Origin: Chiloscyllium plagiosum
Lineage: Eukaryota
Reading direction: 5' to 3'
DNA length: 36,418 nucleotides
Assembly (NCBI RefSeq): GCF_004010195.1
Contig: NC_057750.1
Span: 4,615,167-4,651,584 of the forward strand
The position numbers and the translations under genes are program-made. Below are positions 22,667 through 35,541 of the stretch, in pieces. Within the stretch, counting starts at the first letter, position 1; every line of letters starts with the position of its first letter. The notes beneath the pieces are model-generated. The model was not told where the DNA came from. It made no database searches and worked only from the letters and a program-made list of their open reading frames with translations.

Positions 22667-25600
22667 TTTGGTCACCAGTCCCTTATATCCCTTATTGGTT
22701 CAGTGTTAAATCGCATCTGATAAGGCTCCTGTAAAGATATTGGGATGCTTGATGAGAACTTGCACCGTAGTCGGTAACACGCAGAGAGGGTTCACAGAAG
22801 CTGAAAGTCTCACTCTCCAGCGTGGTCTCTGCTCTCCAGCAATGGTGTCCTTTTCTGAGTTTTGTCCACAACTTCCCAAAGTTACTGTTGAATTTGCTTT
22901 GACTGTCATCAGGCAGTTTTCCAGATAACTCACAACATGTGTAAAAAAGTTCTCACTTCCTTTCTTCAAACACCCTTAACGTACTTTAGGGGAAGGATAT
23001 CCGCAGTCCTTACCTGGTCTGGTCCACCTCTGATTCCAGAGGAACAGCAATGTGTTTGACCCTTAATGGCCCTAATAAGCCACTCAGTTCAAGGGCAATG
23101 AGCAATGCATAACATGTACTGGTCCTGTCAACGACTCCCACAAAACTCTGCCCTCTGGTTTCTGATGGACGCTGCCTGGACTGGAGTGACCCAACAATGA
23201 AGAGAGACTGAAGAGGCTGGGATGGTATTCTGTAGAGCAGATAAGGAACCTGATTGAGACGTGCAAAGTTATGAGGAGTGTTGATAGTGATTAACTTTCC
23301 CTCTTACTGGAGAGGGGTCAGTAACCATGGGGCACAGTTTTAAGGAGCAGGAAGTAGGGGATATCTGAAATTCGCTACCTAAAAAGGTGGCAGAGACAGG
23401 AATCATTTAAACTCTTTCAATGAGCACTTGAAAAACTATAGCATCCAAGGCTGCAGGTCAAGTGTTGGAAAATGGGATTTGAATTGATCGACAGAGGGAG
23501 ACAATGGCCTAGTGGTCTTATCATTAGACTATTAATCCAGAGACCTGGGTTCAAAACCTGTTACGGCAGAACTTAAACTAATTCCAATTTTAATAATCTG
23601 GATTTAAGCATCTAATGATGATGATGATTCCATTGTCGACTGTCAGAAAACCCCATCCAATTCACTAATGTCCTTGAGGGAAGGAAACTACTATCCTTAC
23701 CTGGTCTGGCCTACATCTGACTCCAGACCCACAGCAATGGGGTTGACTCTTATACTGCCCTCTGCGTAAATAGGAATGGTGCAATAAATGCTGGGCCTAG
23801 CCAGAGAAGCTTTCATCTTGTGAATAAGAAAAGCTGAATGGCTAGCAGACAACAATGGACTGAAGGGTCTCTTTCTGCAAACCCACTTTGACTCTGACCC
23901 TTCTGCTGGTGAAAATGTTTCTACTTTCTGTATGGAAACCCTTTGAATTTTCAAAATTGCGATCAAATTGCTTTCTCGAATCCAAAGGAGAATTAGCCCA
24001 GATCGTTTTGTATTGCAGTGCCCACCCTGTTAGCCCTTCCTCAAACACATTTGTAGCTCAGACACTGCAGCTGGACCACCAATGACGACAGCCTTGGCAG
24101 TTTTCCTTGGCCACCCACAAGAGGAGATTTCCGACGGAGCGGGAGTCCAGTTGTGGATACCAGTTGCTTGGATTTTCAGCTACTGACTCGACCAGGAGTT
24201 GCAGACACATGACGTCAAGCCCTTCATATCCCAAAGTGGCTTAAAAGCCTGATGCTGTGCAGGTGGATCTTTACTAACAGAAGCACTTTAAGTGAGTACT
24301 TAAGTGTTGGCAAGTTTCCTCATGTTCCTGCCAATAATTGAATGAAAAGATCTCACTCTCCAGCAGTGAGCTTTTGTGAAACATTATTGGTGTGTCTCAA
24401 AACATCTGTGTTCAAGCCTGAACTTCCTACCTTGGGTTGATTTCACCCCAGTTTCGTCCTTCGGGCACTGTCCAAACTGCAATACCCCCACCATCTGCAC
24501 TGGGTATCAGGGCTCCCTGTTCTGCCCGCCTGATGAACCAAGGGGCACCTCCCACACTTCCAGCGGGTCTGCAGCAAATTGGATGGTTTCTGCAGGTGTT
24601 CAGGAGAAGGGGCTCTGGGTTAAACCGCAACACGGAAGTTTTGGGGGAGGGGGGGGTTGCAATTTGCAATCTTCATCCATTAAATACTGGGCACCATCAG
24701 CAGGTCAGGCAGCTCTCACAAAAGGAAGGTAAAGAAGTGGTAATAAATTATGACAGGACAGCACTTACTGAACAATACAATACATGCCTGGAATTACAAA
24801 ACTTAAAGATAATCAGAAGGGCTCTCGACAAGCTTAGTTGTGCTGGCCAGGAGCTGCAGATTCTTACTCTGTAGTGAGAAAGGGATCATGTTCAGGCTCT
24901 GCATTCCTTTATGAATTAAACAAAAGCAGTGTGGGGGTGGGGTGGGGGTAAAGCCAATAATTTGTTCACTCCACAGTGAAACCTCAATTGAGCACAGACA
25001 ACTTGGCAACGAATCAGCACCTTCCTCGTACACTGTATAAACTGCTGCAGGCGAAAAATAAGCACTACCGCAGTTACGCGGTAGTGTGGGGGTTAAATTT
25101 TTTTAAAAATTTAAAAAATATAAACAGGATAAAAAAAATATAAACTGGAGTGTCAATTCTATTTTGATTTAAAAAAAAATATAGAAACTGCTGCACTCAG
25201 ACATTTGGCATTCCAGCATCTGTGCTGGTGGGTGTGAGATTTAAAAACTCCCACAGCACGTCTCCTTCCTCAGCAATACTCGGGTCAATGTCATTGCTAA
25301 AATCTTAACGTTTCCCAACTAGTTTGAAAAAGGTTTTCCCTGACCTGCACAGGATTTCCAACATTGTCCTGTGTTCATTTGGCTTGCAGAGTTTTTGCTC
25401 TTTAGTTTAAAAAAATAATTTACAGCACCACAAACATCCCGGAATGGGAACCAGTGGTGGCCTTTTGGCCCCTTTACCTCTGCTGTGCTGTTCAATAAGT
25501 TCACTGCGGATCTTCTGCCAGAAATCCACTTCCCCATGTTCCTGAATCATCATGGTACCCAAAAACGTATCAATCTCTGATGTAACTACGTTCAATGACA

Positions 25601-25774
25601 GCTCTCTGGGGTAGCTCTGCTCTGTCAGGAGGTCCAGCCTTTCAGATGAAAGATTAAAGCAAGGCACCATGTGCCCTCTTGAATGGATGCAACAAATCCA
25701 GTGCGTTATTCTGAATTAGGCAATCCAGTTGTTTCTGGGATCCTGCTGTGTACAAGGCGACAGCTGTATTTTGA

Positions 25775-26360
25775 CCTTAGACCACAAGATATAGGAGCAG
25801 AATGAGGCCATTTGGCCCATCAAGTCTGCTCAGTCATTCAATCATGGCTGGTACATTTCTCAATCCCATTCTCCTGCCTTCTCCTTTACTAATCAATAAT
25901 CTCTGTCCTTAAACACACTCCATGACTTGACCTGCACAAGGTGTTTCACAGATTCCCCACCCTCGGGCTAAAGAAGTTCCTCCTCCCCTCAGTTCTATAG
26001 GGTTGCCTCTTCACCCTGAGGCTGTGCCCTCGGGTCCTAGTCTCTTCTATCCATGGAAACATCTTCTCCATGTTCACTCTATCCAGGGCTCTGTATTCTG
26101 CAAGATCACCCCCCCCCCCCAACATCCTTCTAAACTCAGAGTTCAAAGCCAGAATCCTCGATCATTCCTCATGCGAGGAACCCTTCATCCCCCGGATAAT
26201 TTTTGTAAACCTATTTCTGGATCCCCTCTAAATCCAGCACATTCTTCCTTAGATACAGGAGTCAAAACTGCTCACAATATTCCAAATGCGGTCTGACCAG
26301 AGCAGCACACCCCTGCTCTTGTATTCTAGCCCTTTAGAAACGAATGCTAACTGCCAACTG
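25775..26360 (-). mobile_element. CR1 3' end
   Basis: ORF 25946-26146 ETRTRGHSLRVK...RRNFFS.RV. Confidence 0.82.
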
Positions 26361-26489
26361 CATGTTGACCGTAAGAAAATCCTGACTGTACAATGTAAAC
26401 TTTGCAGTTGGCCAGGTTGATATTTTTTCAAAGTGTTTTGAGGCACCCAGACCAAGTGTTTCATGCCACACATTACTCAAACAATGAAC

Positions 26490-27566
26490 TAAAATGGCAA
26501 ATGGAGTTCAATCTGGATAAATACGAGGTATTGCATTTTGGTACAACAACAGGAGTAGGGGTTATGCAATTAATCCTAGAATCCCAACAGGGTGGAAACA
26601 GGCCATTTGACCCAACGGGTCCACACCGAACAGCATCCCAAGCAGATCCATCCCCCTACCCCTATATTTCCCATGGCTAACCCACCCATCCCTGAACACT
26701 ATGACGGTCGGAAATTGCCCAATCCACCCTAACCTGCACATCTTTTGAACTGTGGGAGGAAACCGGAGCACCTGGAGGAAACCCACACAGACACGGGGAG
26801 AATGTGCAAACTCCACACAGACAGTCACCCGAGGGTGGAAGCGAACTTGGGACCCTGGCGCTATGAGGCAGCAGTGCTAACCTCTGAGCACTGTTAATGA
26901 TAGGGCCTTGGGTAGCGTTGCAGACTAGAGGGGCCTTGCGGTGCAGGTACATAATGTTTTAAAGTTGCATCACATTTAGACAGGGCAGTTAAAAAGGCAT
27001 TTGGCACCCTTGTTTTCATTGCTCAGTCCTTGAGTATAAGAGTTGGGATGTTTGTTGAGGTTGTAACAGGGAGATTGGTGGGGTCTCTTCAGGAGTACTG
27101 TGTGCAGTTCTGGTTGCCCTGTTATAGGAAGGAGAGCATCAAGCTGGAGAGGGTTCAGACTAGATTTACCAGGATGTTGCTGGGTATGAAAAGGTTTGAG
27201 TTAGAAAGGCTGGATAGGCTGGAACTTTTATCACTGGAGCGTAGAAGGTCGAGAGGTGGCCTGATGGAAGTTTATAAAATAATGAAGGGTATAGATACAA
27301 TTAAGGACAGTTGCCTTTTCCCCAAGATGGGGAATTTCAAGAGTAGGGGACACATTGTTTACCCAGACGGTGGAATGAGCTTCCTGCAGAAGTGGTGGAT
27401 GTGGATATGATTACAACATTTAAAAGACGTTTGGATAAATACATGAATGGGAAATGTTTGGAGGGATGTGGGCCAGGAGCAGGCAGGTGGGATTAGTCTA
27501 GTTTAGGGTTATGTTCTGCACAGACTGGTTGGGCTGAAGGGTCTGTTTCTGTGCTGGAGGACTCTC
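26490..27566 (+). mobile_element. CR1 3' part interrupted by an HE1-type SINE
   Basis: KWQMEFNLDK.EVLHFG, then EYCVQFWLPCYRKESIKLERVQ. Confidence 0.85.
26572..26893 (-). mobile_element. HE1-type SINE
   Basis: Core and tail with slightly truncated head. Confidence 0.87.
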
Positions 27567-27653
27567 AGAAGGTGAAAGCCGTTATACTCTCAGAGGACCG
27601 TGAGCTGCTTTGTCAGAGGTAGATGGACTAGTGTTGAGTTTATCCTGAGTCAA

Positions 27654-27863
27654 AAGAGAAAATGCTGGAAAATCTCAGCAGGTCTGGCAGCATCTGTAAG
27701 GAGAGAAAAGAGCTGATGTTTCAAGTCTAACTGACCCTTTGTCAGGCTCAGTTAGACTCGAAACGTCAGCTCTTTTCTCTCCTTATAGATGCTGCCAGTC
27801 CTGCTGAGATTTTCCAGCATTTTCTCTTTTGGTTTCAGATTCCAGCATCTGCAGTAATTTGCT
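27654..27863. mobile_element. Penelope pLTR-derived palindrome in an older tRNA SINE (about 27590-27995)
   Basis: About 85-nt inverted arms; TSD TTTATCCTGAGTCAA at 27639-27653 and 27864-27878. Confidence 0.85.
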
Positions 27864-28019
27864 TTTATCCTGAGTCAAGATGAGCTGGGCGATGGTGTGA
27901 GGCTGTGAAGACGGGTCCTTCAGCAAATGCGGGGATTAGACCCGGGCCGCTGACATCACTGCGCATTGCAAACCAGCCAAATGAGCTAACCGACTCCAAG
28001 ACAGATGGCGACTGCCCCA

Positions 28020-28457
28020 TTTATTAGGTAAACATTATGCATTTTCTTTATTTTTTTTTAAAGAAAATACTCTCACGTTGACACATGGGCTGACTGGTGA
28101 AATGATCCAACTTTTCAACCATTCAAACACTCCAGTGATCTCTCACCCAAATGACTTTAAAAAAAAGAGAGACAGAGAGAGTGAACAGTTCATCAGCGTC
28201 GTGTACTCGGAGATATCAAACAGACTGAGCACAGAGAGATCAGAAAGATGTTGCTGAGGCTGATATTGGTAACTGTGGTTTTAAGCAAATAAATGAGCAG
28301 GAGGAGTGGATGTGGGATTGGAAACAAAGAACACCACCCCATCAGGGATGTGGGATGGAGCTGTTGGACGCTGCTACTCTGATGCAGTCCGATCCCTCCG
28401 CACCTGGTTTAACTTTAAATAAATCTTGGCAGTTAACTGTCCGTCAACCATTTTATT
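28020..28457 (-). promoter_or_regulatory. Candidate COQ8B polyadenylation signals
   Basis: Minus-strand AATAAA at 28452-28457, 28047-28052 and 28020-28025, 0.3-0.75 kb past the stop codon. Confidence 0.4.
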
Positions 28458-28772
28458 GGTGCATTCTCTAAGGACACACCTCCACCAATTGGAATCCACT
28501 TGCCAATCAATCAATCAGCATTCCTTTTCTAATACAGTGTAAAAGTGTCAACCCCCAAAAACTGGCATTCTTGCGAAGTGTCCTGATGAGTGGAAGGACC
28601 GTGGGTTTTTTCTCAGCGGTGCTCAGGGTCTGTAACACCAAACGATCATTCATATACCACAGACAGATAAGACCATGTGCGACAGCACCTGGTTATAAAA
28701 TGTGACACCAGAAGAACGGTCACAGACGGTTCTCGGTGATCACGGGTCAATCCCGGTACGACGTGATCGGGA

Positions 28773-29081
28773 CTATTTACGTTGCTGCATCTTAAACAGC
28801 TCCTGATGGTCCTGGTTAAAATACCTGGCGTAGATCTGGTCGAACATCTCCTTGCAAGGGATGATGGCTTGCAGGCGGGAGCAGATGAGGAAGGAGCCGG
28901 CCATTTTGCGATGGAGGGAGTAGGATTCCTCAGGGGGAGGTGTCAGGCGGTGCTTCAGCATCACCGGGATCAGACTCTGGATCCGCCGGGTGGTGTCCTG
29001 ACTTCCAAAGTCAAAGGATTCTGGCTGAGCAAACGCCTCCCCAAGTGTCATGACAGCGTCCACATGAGCATCCTCAAACAT
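28773..29081 (-). CDS. COQ8B: COQ8B last coding exon to TAG stop
   Basis: TTTTTCAG|ATG acceptor; [17 protein letters not shown]...[27 protein letters not shown]...; TAG at 28775-28773. Confidence 0.95.
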   Translation of the reverse strand: MFEDAHVDAVMTLGEAFAQPESFDFGSQDTTRRIQSLIPVMLKHRLTPPPEESYSLHRKMAGSFLICSRLQAIIPCKEMFDQIYARYFNQDHQELFKMQQRK

Positions 29082-29325
29082 CTGAAAAACAGCAAGGCAA
29101 ACGCAGCTCCATCAGAACAGTCAGCGGCATGGGGAAACTCACCTCCCCTCCCCTCCAAGTCGGAGGTGGAGGAGCCGCTGTTGGACTGGGGTGGACAAGG
29201 TCAGAAGTCACATGACGTCAGGTTAGAGTCCAACAGGTTTACGTGAAATTGCAAGGTTTTGGAGCGCTGCCCCTTCGTCAGGTGAAGTCCTTGAACAGCG
29301 GTCCGAAAGCTTGTGATTTCACAAG

Positions 29326-29413
29326 TCGGCAGCACATATGCTAAAACTGGAGCGATAGCATGGCCCCTGTGCAAGGATGACACGCAAATTCGTGAAGCGT
29401 TCCATTTTTTTTT
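29326..29413 (+). pseudogene. RNU6: U6 snRNA pseudogene, 5'-truncated, 12-nt internal deletion
   Basis: TCGGCAGCACATATGCTAAAACTGGAGCGATA-GCATGGCCCCTGTGCAAGGATGACACGCAAATTCGTGAAGCGTTCCA(T)9 aligns to U6; CAGAGAAGATTA is missing. Confidence 0.93.
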
Positions 29414-29415
29414 AA

Positions 29416-29721
29416 ATGGTGGCTCAGTGGTTAGCGCTGTTGCCCAGTGCCAGGGGCCCAGGTTCGATTCGAAGCTCGGGCGACTGTCTGTGTGGAGTTT
29501 GCACGTTCTCCCCGTGTCTGCGTGGGTTGCCTCCAGGTGCTCCGGTTTCCTCCCACAGTCCAAAGATGTGCAGGTTAGGGTGGATTAGCCATGGGAAGTT
29601 GCCCCGTAGTGTCCAGGGATGTGTAAATCAGGAGTAAATGCAGGGTAATAGGGTCAGGGAATGGGTCTAGGTGGGTTACTCTTCAGACGGCCTGTTTCCA
29701 CACTGTAGGGATCCTATTCTA
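29416..29721 (+). mobile_element. HE1-type SINE joined to the U6 3' end
   Basis: ATGGTGGCTCAGTGGTTAGC head 2 nt after the U6 oligo-T. Confidence 0.9.
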
Positions 29722-30978
29722 AATAAACCTGTTGGACTATAACCTGGTGCCGCGTGACTTCAGCCTCCCTCCAGTATAACTGCCGGAATATGGCCTAATG
29801 TACCAGATCAATAAATCTGCCGAACCTCAGCAATTCACCCATCCAGTCACCCACCCTAAGAAGCTGATCACATCACCACCCTCACTTCACTGCTACCTGA
29901 AATATCCCTGAAAGTTCGACACCATCAAGGACAAAGCACCTCACTTGACTGGCATCACATCCACCACTTTTCCATCTTCCTCCACCAGCATGGACAGGCA
30001 ACAGGGTTTACAGGTTACACTGCAGCAACTCAGGAGGCTCTTTGGACAGCACCTTCCAGACCTGCTGCCTCCACCATCGAGAAGGACCAAGAGCAGCAGG
30101 TACATGGGAACACCACCCCCTGCACGTTCCCCTCAGAGTCCCTCACCATCCTGAGTTGGAAATACATGGCTTTTCCTTCGGTGTCACTGGGTCACTCCCT
30201 CCTTCAGAGCTCCAAGCAGCACATGGACTGCAGCATTTCAAGAAATTTGTTCACCTGGATGGTGGGGGAGCCTGTGGAGTTCCCTCCCACAGAAAGCAGT
30301 TGAAGCCAAACGTTGAACATTTTCGAGGAGGAGATCTCAGGGCAAAAGGGATCAAAGGGCACCGGGGGGGGGGCAAAAAGTGGGAACACAGGACTGAACT
30401 GGATGATCAGCCATGATTGTATTAAATGGGGGAACAGGCTCGACGGGCCGAAGGGCCAACTGTTTTCTCCATTTCAACGTAAGACGAGAGCTTACCACCA
30501 TCTGCGAGGACAATCCAGAACAGGCAGCAAACACTGCCCACGTCCGACAAAATAATAATTTTTAAACAGGTTACGAAGAAGAAAGCAGGGCGTGGTTAAT
30601 TAGCCCTTTGAAAGGGTTCTGCCATTTGATGGCATCATGGCTGATTTCTATCTCAACTCTATTCCCCCACCTCAGTGGCCTCGGCGAACAAACATCTGTC
30701 AAACTCAGACTTGAAGTTTTCAGTTAACCTCTTGCAGAGCCCCCAGTGTCCTGGGCTTTTCCTGACTATTTCTTTCCCCTTCCCATGCGCCGACCTCCAA
30801 TTCCAGAATGCACTGCTGTGTCAGTGTCAATACGCTGTGCTCGGAATCTTGGAGCCGCTTAGCGGAACCTTAGCAGGAAGGTTTGCCCTGCGCGAGAGGA
30901 AGTGCTCCCCTGAGATCTGCCCCTGGAGGGCCCGGCTTGAGATGGAAGGTTCCGCACTCCCCCCCACTATGGACTTGC

Positions 30979-31065
30979 CTTGGTCTCGTAGCCAGTGAGG
31001 AACTTCAAGTCTCGGGACTTCTGCAACACTTTGTCTCGGTCACCGTCTGCAGCTGCTCGGACAAC
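30979..31065 (-). CDS. COQ8B: COQ8B penultimate exon (87 nt), GC donor
   Basis: TTCCTGCAG|GTT ... [38 protein letters not shown], nearly identical to recalled COQ8B. Confidence 0.94.
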
Positions 31066-31160
31066 CTGCAGGAAAAGGTACCGTGCATCACAGGAAAAAA
31101 AGAAGAAATTATAAGTGGCAATGATAGTTTCTGAGCATTCCTGCTTGGGGGCTGAGAGCA

Positions 31161-31390
31161 AGAGTGAGGGCTGCAGGTACTGGAGCTCAGAGTCAAGAGT
31201 GTGGTGCTGGAAAAGCACAGCAGGTCAGGCAGCATCCGAGGAGCAGGAGAGTCAATGTTTCACGCAAAAGCCCTTCATCAGGAATGAGGGGTTGAGGAAG
31301 GGCTTTTGCCCGAAACATCGATTCTCCTGCTCCTCGGATGCTGCCTGACCTGCTGTGCTTTTCCAGCACCACTCTAATCTTAACACTGGA
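31161..31390. mobile_element. Penelope pLTR-derived palindrome in a COQ8B intron
   Basis: Inverted arms about 31202-31276 / 31297-31372; TSD GGCTGAGAGCA at 31150-31160 and 31391-31401. Confidence 0.85.
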
Positions 31391-32450
31391 GGCTGAGAGC
31401 ACTGTGTAAGGTTCACCACTGACTGTGGGCACCTTGGCCTCTCCTGTGCAATTCATTGCTGAAGCACACAGCCCAAATCCAGAGGAAAGATCCTGGTTAT
31501 ACAAGTATCAACAAGACTGTACTGTGTCCTGACCTCTCAGCCAGGAGACAAGACCTGAAACAGGGGCACTGGACTCGAAATACTAACTTTGCTTTCGCTG
31601 CACAGACCTGCGGAATCTCTCCAGTAATTTCAGATTCAGGTCCCAGATTTGTCTGGACAGTTGATTTAAAATATCTACAACTGGTCAGTTATCACTTATT
31701 ATTTGAATATAAAACAAACATATATTGCACAACGATTGATGGTCTAACAGCTGGCACGCTGGATTTTGTTTCAAATCTCAGTGGAACCAAACTTTGGGGT
31801 GTCCCAGGTGCTGGTAAACTGACACTGTTGTGCTGCAGTGATCATATTCCCGCGTCTGAATCACAGGGTGAGGGTTCAAATCCCATCTGCCCGTGGATGC
31901 ACCTGAACAGCAACTTGAGGTGGCGGTGACCCTACCTCTGGGCCAGGAGTCTGGATTCAAGTCTCACTTGCTCCAGAAGGGTGAAATAAATATCACTCAA
32001 CAGGCAGATTGATGGTGTCTGCAACAGTTACAGGTCTTGGTGTTCACACTCCGATACGTGGGGGCTACGAGTGCTACACAACCTTCAAATAAAAGCAAAA
32101 TCCCTCGGACGCTGGAAATCTCAAATACAAACAGAAATTGCTGGAGAAACTCAGCAGCATCTGTGGAGAGAGAAAGGGAGTGAATCGAGCCTGCGGTGGG
32201 TAGCAGCCTGTTGCCTACAAGTCAGAAGGTAGAGGGTTCACGTCCCCCTTCTAGACGCCACAGAATAAAAGCAAGGCTGACACTTCAATGGAACACTGAC
32301 AGAATGCTGCACTATCACAGTTTCTGTCTCTCAGCGAGCTGTTAAGGCAATATCTTAACTACTAAGGATGTAAAAAGCCACATAACACAATTTAGGTGAT
32401 CAATATACTGAGTTCTTCCTCGCGCACTGGTCAATATTTATCAGTCAGTC

Positions 32451-32780
32451 AGAGTCATAGAGCTGTACAGCACAGAAACAGATCCTTCGGTCAAACTCAT
32501 CCATGCCGACCAGATATCCGAAATTAATCTGCACCCAGCCCATATCCCTCCAAACCCTTCCTATTCATATACCCATCCAGATGCCTTTTCAATGTTGTAA
32601 CTGTACCAGCCTCCACCATTTCCTCTGGCAACTCATTCCATTCACACACCCCCCGTGGGAAAAAGTTGCCCCTTAGATCCCTTTTAAATCTGTCCCCACT
32701 CTCCTTAGCCCTATTGCCTCTAGTTCCAACTCCCCTACCCTGGGGAAAAGACCTTGGCTGTTTACCCTACCGTGCCCTCA
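32451..32780 (-). mobile_element. CR1/HER1-type 3' end
   Basis: Reverse complement of the standard tail. Confidence 0.85.
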
Positions 32781-33051
32781 CAATATAAAACGCCTCATTT
32801 AACAGTGAAGGGGGAAAAAAAAGGGTGATCTGGTTATGACCACATGTGGGAGCTTGATGTGTGCAAACTGGTTGCAACTTGAGAATGATATTTACAATGT
32901 CTGTGGCTTATTCCCTGGAGTGAGACTCTGGACTCAGATTTAATGCTGCTGCTGAGTTATTGTGAAACAAAGGTGGCTGGGTACTGAACAGTCATCGCCA
33001 CAAATATCCCACTGAGCCGAGCGCTGCTAATGGAGTCACTACAGCATTTCA

Positions 33052-34391
<1,340 letters not shown>

Positions 34392-34539
34392 AAACACAAG
34401 TACTTCCTAAAGTTCCCCACCGAGCCCCCACACCATCTTAACTTGGAAATATGAAGGCGGACAGGGGGGAGGAAGGAAAGGTAAGGGAGGGGAAGGAAGG
34501 ATAGGGGAAAAAGGGGGGGTAGGGTTAAAGGTCACCCAC

Positions 34540-34647
34540 CTTCTGCTTCTCCTCATCAAAGAAGAAGTTGGACCAGTTCGGGTCAGTCTGCATGAACCTG
34601 AACTCAAACACTTCCCGGAGGCACAGTTCCAGGATGTTCGAACAGAT
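34540..34647 (-). CDS. COQ8B: COQ8B internal exon (108 nt), catalytic loop
   Basis: TTCCAG|ATC ... [45 protein letters not shown] contains the COQ8 QTDPNWxNF motif. Confidence 0.95.
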
Positions 34648-34788
34648 CTGGAAAAGCATCACGGACGTTTCACCAAAAGAAGGATTTGACAATCAAGAAA
34701 ATATAAACCGTGTTCCCTCCCACCTCCTGTGGTCCCACTCAGAGAGCTGGCCTGAGCCTTACTTAAGAACAAGAGGAGGAGTGTGGGA

Positions 34789-34848
34789 GGGAGACAGACA
34801 GGGAGACAGACAGGGAGACAGACAGGGAGACAGACAGGGAGACAGACA
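34789..34848. repeat. (GGGAGACAGACA)5
   Basis: Five exact 12-nt units. Confidence 0.95.
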
Positions 34849-34893
34849 GGGAGGTCAGGGTACAGAGAGGCTGTACACAGTCTGCATACAAAC

Positions 34894-35035
34894 CTTATTC
34901 CGAATGTTCTGGTCTAGACTGTCACACTTATCCAGAGGCACGCCAGTCACTAACTCTGCAGTGAGAATCCGTTTTGTGGTGAGCTCATCGATGACCTCGG
35001 GAACACTGAAGAAAGGATCACCCTTCAGCAGCTCC
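34894..35035 (-). CDS. COQ8B: COQ8B (ADCK4) atypical kinase, internal exon (142 nt)
   Basis: AACAG|G acceptor, AAG|GTTTGT donor; encodes ELLKGDPFFSVPEVIDELTTKRILTAELVTGVPLDKCDSLDQNIRNK, matching the COQ8/UbiB kinase region; in frame with the next exon. Confidence 0.93.
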
Positions 35036-35276
35036 CTGTTGGGGCCGGACAATAGGCCGCAGATTAGATTCAAGCACAAGAGCTCTCGCGCTGCTCCCTA
35101 AACAGGACGGGGAGAGACCCGAGTGGCCCCAGGCAACCGGTTGCAATGTCAGACTGAGACCAGCAGCACATTGGTCACCATAACCCGGCACCACCCGGAG
35201 CTGCAGCAGCTCAGCTTCTTGACGGGACAAAGTGTGTAACAGGAACACCAAACGTACCCCTGCCTGACCCAACTCT

Positions 35277-35541
35277 CAGAATCCCTACAGTGGGAGATAG
35301 GCCATTCAGCCCATAAAGTCTGCAACGGCCTTCGAAAGAGCATGCCATCCAGACCTAACCCTGTCACCCTCTGTAACCCCACATCCTTCATGGCTAACCC
35401 ACCCTAACCAGCACATTTTTGGACTGTGGGAGAAAACCGGAGCACCCGGAGGAAACCCACACAGACACGGGGAGAATGTGCAAACACCCCACAGACAGTC
35501 GCCGGAGGGTGGAATCAAACCTAGGGTGCTGTGTGCCACCC
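35277..35541 (-). mobile_element. HE1-type SINE with a deletion in the head
   Basis: Core and tail present. Confidence 0.85.

Larger units (their letters stand above)
29204..29761. mobile_element. Penelope pLTR palindrome interrupted by U6+HE1
   Basis: Left arm GAAGTCAC...CAGGTTAGAGTCCAACAGGTTTA; right arm ...CCGAAAGCTTGTGATTTCA|insert|AATAAACCTGTTGGACTATAACCTGG...GTGACTTC. Confidence 0.8.

Noticed and set aside
25063..25086. Iron-responsive element or viral rolling-circle origin
   Set aside because: Loop is not CAGWGH with a bulged C, nor a TATTAC nonamer; no Rep ORF nearby.
29326..29413. Functional U6 gene
   Set aside because: 5' truncation, no ACAGAGA box, and upstream sequence is a Penelope arm rather than PSE/TATA.
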